From Magnetococcales bacterium (GTDB lineage Bacteria > Pseudomonadota > Magnetococcia > Magnetococcales > Magnetaquicoccaceae): a stretch of 32,000 nt of DNA. How positions within the stretch are numbered: the first letter of the stretch is position 1; every line of letters begins with the position of its first letter. The notes beneath the pieces were generated by a model. It did no database searches and had not been told where the DNA came from. It saw only the letters and a list, made by a program, of their open reading frames with translations. This document shows, piece after piece, positions 1 through 6,673 of the stretch. Position numbers and translations under genes: made by a program. Location of the stretch: NCBI GenBank assembly GCA_015231755.1, contig JADGAZ010000017.1:16891-48890 (forward strand), in the 5' to 3' direction.

Positions 1-2
1 GG

Positions 3-326
3 GTGGGGTGGACTCATTCCTGTGGCACGGCCATGACCGCTTCGACTTTCGCCGCCTGCCTGGATGGAACCTTCGCCTTTGGGCGTCCGGTGCGGGTGTT
101 CAACGCCGGGGGGCAGGTGATCTGCACCGCGTTGTGGGGTGGCGAGGCGGGAGGCCATTCCGGGTTGCTGGCGGGCAATGCCACGTTCGAGTGGGATGGT
201 CTGGTCCGGTTCGATATGAGCGATGCGGCCAATCCGTTGCGGCATGTGCGGCGTGTGCGGGACCGGGATGAGGAGATCCGGGCCTATGAGCGGTTCAAGG
301 CGGCCTGCGCGACGGAAAACCATTGA
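3..326 (+). CDS. 3' end of an unidentified protein-coding gene (5' end lies outside the window)
   Basis: Longest of three overlapping frames at the window edge. It stops at TGA 324-326 and is followed immediately by an A8-hairpin-T8 terminator. No family recognisable by eye. Confidence 0.4.
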   Translation: MGWTHSCGTAMTASTFAACLDGTFAFGRPVRVFNAGGQVICTALWGGEAGGHSGLLAGNATFEWDGLVRFDMSDAANPLRHVRRVRDRDEEIRAYERFKAACATENH

Positions 327-373
327 AAAAAAAGAGGGGGTCTGGGGGATTCATCCCCCAGGACCTTTTTTTT
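326..373. terminator. Rho-independent terminator, bidirectional in form
   Basis: A-run 326-333. Stem GGTCTGGGGGA (339-349), loop TTCA, stem TCCCCCAGGACC (354-365, one bulged G), then T8 at 366-373. Confidence 0.75.
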
Positions 374-383
374 AAAAAAATAA

Positions 384-992
384 CTTCACCACCAATCCTT
401 TTCTTCAAAAACCATCTTTTCGCTTTTCTTTTGCTTCTTTCTTCCACTCCTCTCGGTCCGGGATTCCATCGCGGATCTTTTTCCGGAATATTATCTGATC
501 AAGGTCAACCGTTTTGACAACATCGCCCGGGATACCCTGGACGAGTGGATCTGTTTTTTGAAGAACGCGGAGGTTCGGGACGAGTTCACGGCCCGTGGTT
601 TGCGGGATGCCAAGTTGCATCTGGACCTGTTGCAACTGCCGGAATCGGAACGTTTGGCCTATGAATCCTACCAGGATGATCTTCATGATCAGGCCAGCAT
701 GGTGGAGTCCACTTACGGCATCGGCAAGCTGGAAGGGATCCAAATGGGCAAAGAGGCGGGCAAACAGGAAGGCAGACAGGCCGGAAAGGCCGAAACCCTG
801 ACGCAGTTGTTGCAGGCCCGGTTTGGCGTGCTGCCGGAATGGGTGCAGGAGTGGGTGAACGGGGCCACGGTGGAGGCGTTGGACCTCTGGATTGGTCGGA
901 TTTTTTTTTGGCGCAGGAGCGGTCCGAGGTGTTTCAGTAATCCGCCCAGTGCAGCAGCATGGCATCCAGCAGAGGGGTGCCCGCCGGGGTGA
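384..992 (+). pseudogene. Remnant of an Rpn-family / PD-(D/E)XK nuclease (transposase-like) gene; only the C-terminal half with the DUF4351-type tail is present
   Basis: The in-frame translation from ~492 reads YLIKVNRFDNIARDTLDEWICFLKNAEV. It continues ...GKQEGRQAGKAETLTQLLQARFGVLPEWVQEWVNGATVEALDLWIGRI, the characteristic C-terminal pattern of this family. The N-terminal nuclease domain is absent: the frame opens at 384 right after the upstream terminator, and the first ~30 codons are low-complexity. A T9 tract (901-909) changes the frame of the last codons. Confidence 0.55.
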
Positions 993-2094
993 GACGGAGG
1001 TATTCCGCATCGACTTGCACCAGATCGTGTTTCAGCAGTGTGTCCATCTTGTCGCCGTAATGAGCCACGGGATCGCTGCCGGTGATCTGTCGATAGCGAG
1101 CGCGGCTCATGCCCTTTTGCAGGCGCATGCCCATCATCAGACACTCCAGGCCGGCTTCAGCGGAGTCTACCGGAAAGGGCGGCGCAAAGGATCCGGTGTG
1201 ATATCCCGTCACGTCAGCCGGATTTTCCGTGCGCCAGGTTTGTCCTGTTGCGTCGGTCCACTTGCCGTGGGCCCCCGCGCCCAACCCCAGATAATCCCCG
1301 AACTCCCAGTAATTCAGATTGTGGCGACACTCCTGGCCTGGAAAGGCAAAATTGCTGATCTCATAGGGCAGATAGCCGTGATCCGACAGGAACCGGCGGG
1401 TGAACTGGAACAGGGCCAGGGCGTGTTCATCGTCCGGCAGGTGGAGTTGTCCCTGTTGGGCCAAACGGTGAAACGGGGTGTCGGGTTCCACCGTCAGGGC
1501 ATAACAGGAAAGATGACCGATTCCCCACCGGCACGCCTCCTCCAACTCTTGTTGCCACTGCGACAGGGTGTGCCCGGGAGTGCCGTGAATCAGGTCCACG
1601 TTGATGCGGGGGAATCCGGCCTGGTGCAGCCCCTCCAAAGCGGTCAGGGCCATGGCCCGGTCGTGGGGGCGTCCCAGGAGCTTGAGGCGTTCGTCCGACA
1701 GGGCCTGCACCCCCAGACTGATCCGGTTGACGCCGGCTGCGCGCCAACCGGTGAGCTTGTCGGACAGGCAGGATTCGGGATTGGCTTCCAGGGTGATTTC
1801 GCAATCGGGTTCCAGGGGCCAGCACTGGCGCACGGCATCCAGAATGGCTTGAATCGAACCCGTCTGCAACATCGACGGGGTGCCGCCACCCAGAAAGATC
1901 GATCGCAACGGCCTGGAGTCGTGGGCCAGCCAGCCGCGCCTGTGGTGCAGTTCCTCCCCTAGGCGGGCTGTATAGCCGGTTTCGGAGACCGGCAGGCCGG
2001 GCACCGAATAAAAGTCACAATACGGACACTTGCGCACACAAAAGGGAATGTGGATGTAACAAGACAGTCCACAATCGGTCTGCAATCCTGTCAC
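934..2094 (-). CDS. hemW: Radical SAM family heme chaperone HemW (HemN-like, oxygen-independent coproporphyrinogen oxidase family)
   Basis: 386 aa. N-terminal CxxxCxxC radical-SAM motif (IPFCVRKCPYCDF), GGGTPS motif and HemN-type C-terminal domain. Its start overlaps the rph stop by 4 nt, the usual rph-linked position of hemW/yggW. Confidence 0.9.
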   Translation of the reverse strand: MTGLQTDCGLSCYIHIPFCVRKCPYCDFYSVPGLPVSETGYTARLGEELHHRRGWLAHDSRPLRSIFLGGGTPSMLQTGSIQAILDAVRQCWPLEPDCEITLEANPESCLSDKLTGWRAAGVNRISLGVQALSDERLKLLGRPHDRAMALTALEGLHQAGFPRINVDLIHGTPGHTLSQWQQELEEACRWGIGHLSCYALTVEPDTPFHRLAQQGQLHLPDDEHALALFQFTRRFLSDHGYLPYEISNFAFPGQECRHNLNYWEFGDYLGLGAGAHGKWTDATGQTWRTENPADVTGYHTGSFAPPFPVDSAEAGLECLMMGMRLQKGMSRARYRQITGSDPVAHYGDKMDTLLKHDLVQVDAEYLRLTPAGTPLLDAMLLHWADY

Positions 2095-2825
2095 GATGCG
2101 GTCATCTCACCCAGAAAAGTCTTTCTTTGCATGGCGATCAGATCGCTGATTCCCTTGCCCGCCAGTGAGGCCATGGCATTGAAATCATTCAGGGTGAAGG
2201 GGGCTGTTTCGGCGGTGCCCTGGATTTCGATGAATTTCCCGCTGCCGGTCATCACGAAATTCATGTCGGTTTCGCACTCGAAATCTTCTTTGTAGTTGAG
2301 ATCCAGCAGTGGCTCACCCTTCACCATGCCGCAACTGATCGCCGCCACAAAGTCGGTGATGGGCAAGGATTTGATCATGCCCTGTTTTTCCAGCCAGCGA
2401 CAGGCATCCATGAAGGCGATGAAGCCTCCGGTGATGGAGGCGGTGCGGGTGCCGCCATCGGCCTGCACCACGTCGCAATCCACCCAGACGGTGCGTTTGC
2501 CCAGTTTGGTCAGGTCGGTCACGGCCCGCAACGACCGACCGATCAGACGTTGAATCTCCAGGGTGCGTCCACCCTGGCGACCCTGACTGGCCTCGCGGGT
2601 GGTGCGATCATGGGTGGCCCGGGGAATCATGCCATATTCAGCGGTGACCCAGCCGCGATTCTGGCCTTTCATCCAGCGGGGTTGCTGCTCTTCCACCGAA
2701 GCGGTGCAGATCACCCGTGTTTGCCCAAAACTGATCAGGCAGGATCCCTCGGCCCGATGGTTGAAAGGGCGAGAGATTGTGACAGCCCGCATTTCATCGG
2801 GCTGGCGTCCGTCGTGTCGGCTCAT
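2091..2825 (-). CDS. rph: Ribonuclease PH
   Basis: 244 aa, collinear with RNase PH throughout (RPFNHRAEGSCLISFGQTRVICTAS, GWVTAEYGMIPRAT, QGRQGGRTLEIQRLIGRSLR, DCDVVQADGGTRTASITGG). Confidence 0.97.
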   Translation of the reverse strand: MSRHDGRQPDEMRAVTISRPFNHRAEGSCLISFGQTRVICTASVEEQQPRWMKGQNRGWVTAEYGMIPRATHDRTTREASQGRQGGRTLEIQRLIGRSLRAVTDLTKLGKRTVWVDCDVVQADGGTRTASITGGFIAFMDACRWLEKQGMIKSLPITDFVAAISCGMVKGEPLLDLNYKEDFECETDMNFVMTGSGKFIEIQGTAETAPFTLNDFNAMASLAGKGISDLIAMQRKTFLGEMTAS

Positions 2826-2953
2826 GAGGAGGTGCTTTCCAGGGGGTAAGTTGATGATGAGAAAAGAAAAGAGTATCTGGGAGTATTTGGTTTCAGCCAG
2901 AATCGATCATTGTAACACGCCCAGGAGGCCATCACAATCCTTGCATCCCAAAC

Positions 2954-2990
2954 AAAAACACCTGGAGGAGTCGTTCCCCCAGGTGTTTTC
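2954..2990 (-). terminator. Rho-independent terminator downstream of dsrK
   Basis: Stem AACACCTGG (2957-2965) pairs with CCAGGTGTT (2979-2987). On the minus strand the stem is followed by TTTTTGTTT. It lies 32 nt past the dsrK stop. Confidence 0.7.
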
Positions 2991-3021
2991 AGTGAATGGC
3001 TGACACGCGGTCAGGTTTGGA

Positions 3022-4521
3022 TCAGACCACGCCTTTTTTGGCGCCCAGTTGGATGGCGTTGCTCACCAGTTGATGCACACCGCCCACCACGTCCATGGAG
3101 ATGCCGTACATCGGCAGCACTTTGGAGAACTGGGCTTTGCAGATGGCGCAGATCAACGCCATGAAATTGACCTTGTCGGATTCCATCACCCGTTTCAAGG
3201 CGGTGACACGGGGCAGAGCGCCGCGAATGCGCAGATCCATCAACTCGTCGGTCAGCAGGCCGCCACCGCCGCCGCAGCAGAAGGTTTTTTCGTGGATGGT
3301 GTCTTCGTCCATGTCCACGAAATGGTTGCAACTGGCCCGGATCAGATCCCGCGGAATCTCGAACTGTCCACCGGCTTTGGGACCCATGCGGGTGGCGCGG
3401 GCCACGTTGCAGGAGTCGTGGAAGGTGACCCGGTAGTTGTCGTTGGCCTCCTTGTCCAGGGACAAGGCTCCCCGTTGCAACAGGTCATGGGTGAACTCGC
3501 AGATGTGTTGCGGGGCGGGATAACGGGGATCGAGAAAATCCAAGGGTCCGTTGAGGGTGTTCCAGAAGGAATAAGCCACACGCCAGGCATGGCCGCACTC
3601 TCCCACCACCAGACGTTTGACCTTCAGATCCCGGGCCTGTTCCACCACCCGTTTGGCGATTTTTTTCTGATGTTCATACGAACCGATGAACATGCCGAAG
3701 TTGGCCGCCTCGGAGGCGTAGGAACTGATGGTGAAGGAAATGCCCGCCTGATGAAACACCTTGGCGTACCCCATCAAGGACTGGATGTGGGGTTCGCTGA
3801 AAAAGTCGGCGGAGGGGGCGACCAGCAATACATCCGCTCCGGGTTGATCCAGGGGCAGACGCACATCGTGACCGGTGCTGTCGAGGATTTCTTCTTCCAG
3901 GAATTCCAGGGTGCCTTTCAGGGCGGGCTTGGGAATGCCCAGATTGTTGCCGATCTGGTGAACCTTGCCGATGATCTCCACCGAATATTTGTGACCCACA
4001 CCGATGGCGTTCATGATTTCCCGGGCCGCCATGGTGATTTCCGCCGTGTCGATGCCGAAGGGGCAAAAGACCGAGCAGCGACGGCACTGGGAACACTGAT
4101 GGAAGTAGGTAAACCATTTTTGCAGCGTCTCTTCGTCGAAATCGACGGCGTTCACCAAACCGGGAAACATTTTGCCCGCGGGGGTGAAATAACGCCGATA
4201 GACGCTGCGCATCAGTTCGGCCCGCTGCACCGGCATGTTGTTGGCGTCCTGGGTACCGAGATAGTAGTGGCACTTGTCGGTACAGGCGCCGCACTTGACG
4301 CAGATGTCGAGATAGACCTGCAAGGAGCGGTATTTTTTCAACAACTCCCCGAGCTTTTCCACGCCCTTTTGCTGCCAGTTTTCCACCCGTTCCCCGGGGA
4401 ATCCCATGGGCTCCATGTGCTTGGGCATGCCGGGATAGGGGGCGAGGTGGGCCATGGTTCCGGCTTTCAAGTCCGGTGTCTTGATGTCATCCGCGACCGG
4501 AGGAACGTGATATTCAGCCAC
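3022..4521 (-). CDS. dsrK: DsrK, HdrD-like iron-sulfur subunit of the DsrMK(JOP) complex
   Basis: 499 aa. Two ferredoxin-type clusters (CVKCGACTDKCH, CSQCRRCSVFCP) and CCG-domain signatures (HDSCNVARA, FCCGGGGG). Sits immediately downstream of a NarI-like membrane protein and dsrC. Confidence 0.85.
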   Translation of the reverse strand: MAEYHVPPVADDIKTPDLKAGTMAHLAPYPGMPKHMEPMGFPGERVENWQQKGVEKLGELLKKYRSLQVYLDICVKCGACTDKCHYYLGTQDANNMPVQRAELMRSVYRRYFTPAGKMFPGLVNAVDFDEETLQKWFTYFHQCSQCRRCSVFCPFGIDTAEITMAAREIMNAIGVGHKYSVEIIGKVHQIGNNLGIPKPALKGTLEFLEEEILDSTGHDVRLPLDQPGADVLLVAPSADFFSEPHIQSLMGYAKVFHQAGISFTISSYASEAANFGMFIGSYEHQKKIAKRVVEQARDLKVKRLVVGECGHAWRVAYSFWNTLNGPLDFLDPRYPAPQHICEFTHDLLQRGALSLDKEANDNYRVTFHDSCNVARATRMGPKAGGQFEIPRDLIRASCNHFVDMDEDTIHEKTFCCGGGGGLLTDELMDLRIRGALPRVTALKRVMESDKVNFMALICAICKAQFSKVLPMYGISMDVVGGVHQLVSNAIQLGAKKGVV

Positions 4522-4597
4522 GCGAGGACTCCTGATTAAGGGTTGTGATCATCTCGATGGGATCATTGCTGCTGGGTCGGAAAGGTGGCCCGGCGGG

Positions 4598-5317
4598 TCA
4601 ATCCAGGGCTTTGGCCCATGGAGCGACGTGTCTTTTTTCCCTGGGGTTGTCCACCTGATTGCGGGTCGGGCTGAAGAACAGTCCACCGGCATGCATCAGC
4701 TTGCTGAAGGGGAAGATCACCAGCAACGCCCCGACCAGCAGCAAATGAAGCAGAAACATCACATCTCCGGCGGAATTCACGGGAGGCAGACCGGTCACGG
4801 AACTCCACATGGTCATGAGCTGAGTCTTGATGGCCACGATGTTGGGACGCAGCACAAAATCCATCAACAATCCGGAGAAGGCGATGCCCAACAACAAGAA
4901 CAGGATGCCATAGTCGGCGCGGGAGGAGATGTAGCGCACCCGCTCGAACACCAGACGCCGCAGCAACAAGAACGCCAACGCCGCGGCCATGACCACACCG
5001 GCCACGATGCCGATGATTTGCAGCGGACCCACGAAGGCGGGCATGGGATCGACGAAGTAGCGGGCGTGACGGATCAGTACCACGGCCAGAGTGGCGTGAA
5101 AGGCCAGTCCACCGGCCCAGGCCAGCTTGTCGCTTTTGAAGAGGCTGTTGAAGAACACAACCTCGGTGACAAGCCGCCAGATCACACCCAAACGGGTGGT
5201 CGGGGCAGGGGTGGTGGGGATTTTCAGAGGGGCCGGAGAGCGTGCGTAGACGAAGATCCGGCTCAGAAATCCGATCAGAAAAATGGTCGCAACGAAATAG
5301 GCGAGGAAGGTCAACAT
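4598..5317 (-). CDS. dsrM: DsrM, NarI-like dihaem cytochrome b membrane subunit
   Basis: 239 aa. About five hydrophobic helices with conserved His (FHATLAVVLIRHARY, FLLHLLLV). Position between dsrC and dsrK. The overlapping 257-aa frame (4563-5336) is Arg/Gly/Pro-rich shadow sequence. Confidence 0.8.
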   Translation of the reverse strand: MLTFLAYFVATIFLIGFLSRIFVYARSPAPLKIPTTPAPTTRLGVIWRLVTEVVFFNSLFKSDKLAWAGGLAFHATLAVVLIRHARYFVDPMPAFVGPLQIIGIVAGVVMAAALAFLLLRRLVFERVRYISSRADYGILFLLLGIAFSGLLMDFVLRPNIVAIKTQLMTMWSSVTGLPPVNSAGDVMFLLHLLLVGALLVIFPFSKLMHAGGLFFSPTRNQVDNPREKRHVAPWAKALD

Positions 5318-5354
5318 CCGGCTTTTCCCATGTCATAAAAAGGGATGACGCGCG

Positions 5355-5391
5355 AAAAATGGTTGCCGATCCGTGGGATCGGCAACCATTT
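5355..5391 (-). terminator. Intrinsic terminator/attenuator between dsrC and dsrM
   Basis: Perfect 16-bp inverted repeat AAATGGTTGCCGATCC (5357-5372) / GGATCGGCAACCATTT (5376-5391) with a 3-nt loop. On the minus strand the GC core is followed by ATTTTT. A second GC hairpin, CCGCCCG...CGGGCGG, lies at ~5398-5424. Confidence 0.65.
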
Positions 5392-5462
5392 CGACCCCGC
5401 CCGAAAGCGAACTTCCGGGCGGATGGATGTCACGGAAGCAACAAGCCCGCGAAAATGGGGGA

Positions 5463-5798
5463 TTACACGCACCCGGTCGGCTTGGGGAGTCCCGCGATTT
5501 TGCAGGCCTGCTTGGCGGGTCCGCCGGGATAAAGATCGTAAAGATATTTGGTGTTGCCTTTTTCTTTGCCCAGTTTTTTGCCGATGGCCTTGGTGAGGAT
5601 ACGGATCATCGGGGCGATTTTGTATTCATCATAGTATTCGCGCAGAAAATTGACCACTTCCCAATGGGATTCGGACATGTCCACGCCTTCAGTTTTGGCG
5701 AGGTAGCCGGCAACATCCTGGCTCCAGTCATTCAGATTGGCCAAATAGCCGTCCTCGTCGGTTTCATAGGTGCGGCCGTTCAGTTCAAAACTCGGCAT
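5463..5798 (-). CDS. dsrC: DsrC (DsrC/TusE family sulfur-relay protein, two-cysteine DsrC type)
   Basis: 111 aa ending AKQACKIAGLPKPTGCV. Both the penultimate Cys and the Cys 11 residues upstream are present. GAGGAG RBS 7 nt before the ATG. Confidence 0.9.
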   Translation of the reverse strand: MPSFELNGRTYETDEDGYLANLNDWSQDVAGYLAKTEGVDMSESHWEVVNFLREYYDEYKIAPMIRILTKAIGKKLGKEKGNTKYLYDLYPGGPAKQACKIAGLPKPTGCV

Positions 5799-5829
5799 GA
5801 TTGCTTCTCCTCGTGTTGCGATGAAAGGG

Positions 5830-5845
5830 TGCGAAATATTTCGCA
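5830..5845. promoter_or_regulatory. Perfect 16-bp palindrome TGCGAAATATTTCGCA in the dsrC leader / dsrC-ferredoxin divergent region (candidate operator or RNA hairpin)
   Basis: Read directly. It lies 32-47 nt upstream of the dsrC start codon on the minus strand. Confidence 0.3.
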
Positions 5846-6168
5846 GACGTTTGATTCATGACCATTGGCCAACCGTTTGGCCCGCTGGTGCGCCCATGCG
5901 CCCCGTGAGTCGGACATCGTGCAGCCAAGCTTTGTTCCATGGCTCAACTCCCTCGTGTGTCACTTGGAACATTAGCATATCATAATTTTCCAAGACAGCA
6001 AGGCACATTCCCGTTCGGGTCGATTTTCGAGGGAGCCGATCAAGGACGATTCTGGGTGCGATCCTCCGGGAAAAAAATCTCTTTTGATTGACTTTCAGGG
6101 ATTTGGCAACCAAAATCAACCCCAAATATTCACTCAACCCAAAATTTCCGTGGGAGGGAAGCTGGACG

Positions 6169-6477
6169 ATGGAACTCAAGCATCACTTGTTTGTTTGCAT
6201 GAATCAACGGCCTGCCGGTCATCCGCGTGGTTCCTGCGGCGGTTCCGGGGCCGGATCGGTGTTCGAGGCGCTGGGGGCGGAGATCGAAAAACGTGGCCTG
6301 TTTGCCCAGGTCATGGTGACGGGAACCTTTTGCATGGGGCCTTGCGACAAGGGACCGACGGTGGTGGTCTATCCGGACGGGGTCTGGTATGGGGGCGTCA
6401 AGCCCAAGGATGTGGCGGAGATTTTTGACGAACATCTGATCAAGGGTGAACCGGTGAAACGGTTGCGTTTCATGTAG
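6169..6477 (+). CDS. Thioredoxin-like [2Fe-2S] ferredoxin
   Basis: 102 aa from the ATG at 6169 (GGAGGGA RBS at ~6153-6159). Cys spacing is C-X12-C-X31-C-X3-C (FVCMNQ...GSCGG...TFCMGPCDKGP), matching the thioredoxin-like Fd family motif. The ORF-track start at 6088 adds 27 unsupported residues. Confidence 0.85.
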   Translation: MELKHHLFVCMNQRPAGHPRGSCGGSGAGSVFEALGAEIEKRGLFAQVMVTGTFCMGPCDKGPTVVVYPDGVWYGGVKPKDVAEIFDEHLIKGEPVKRLRFM

Positions 6478-6505
6478 TTTTTTTCCCGGGTGGGGAAAAC
6501 AAAAG

Positions 6506-6556
6506 GGTGCCCCGGTGGTGCGACTGTCACGCAAACAGGCGGGTCGCCGGGGCACC
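6506..6556. other. GC-rich extended hairpin in the ferredoxin-asmA spacer
   Basis: GGTGCCCCGG (6506-6515) pairs perfectly with CCGGGGCACC (6547-6556). An inner GCGAC/GTCGC pair extends the stem. There is no T-run on the plus strand; a T-rich run follows only in the minus orientation. Confidence 0.3.
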
Positions 6557-6673
6557 GGAACGTCGGATGGTTTGTTCCACGCCGGATCGCGCCCTTGGTG
6601 AAATCAGGTACAGCGCGTGTGACCCGGATCCCTTCAGGACAGACCCAGTGTTCCATTTGTCGAGGATCGCTTC

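Noticed and set aside
892-1962. 356-aa plus-strand ORF antisense to hemW
   Set aside because: It has shadow-frame composition and no recognisable motifs. The minus frame carries the radical-SAM CxxxCxxC and HemW pattern.
3049-4539. 496-aa plus-strand ORF antisense to dsrK
   Set aside because: It is a His/Gly/Val-rich shadow of a gene whose minus frame has clear Fe-S and CCG motifs.
5856-6179. 107-aa minus-strand ORF in the dsrC-ferredoxin intergenic region
   Set aside because: It has no RBS, no recognisable family, overlaps the ferredoxin start, and occupies what is best read as a divergent promoter region.
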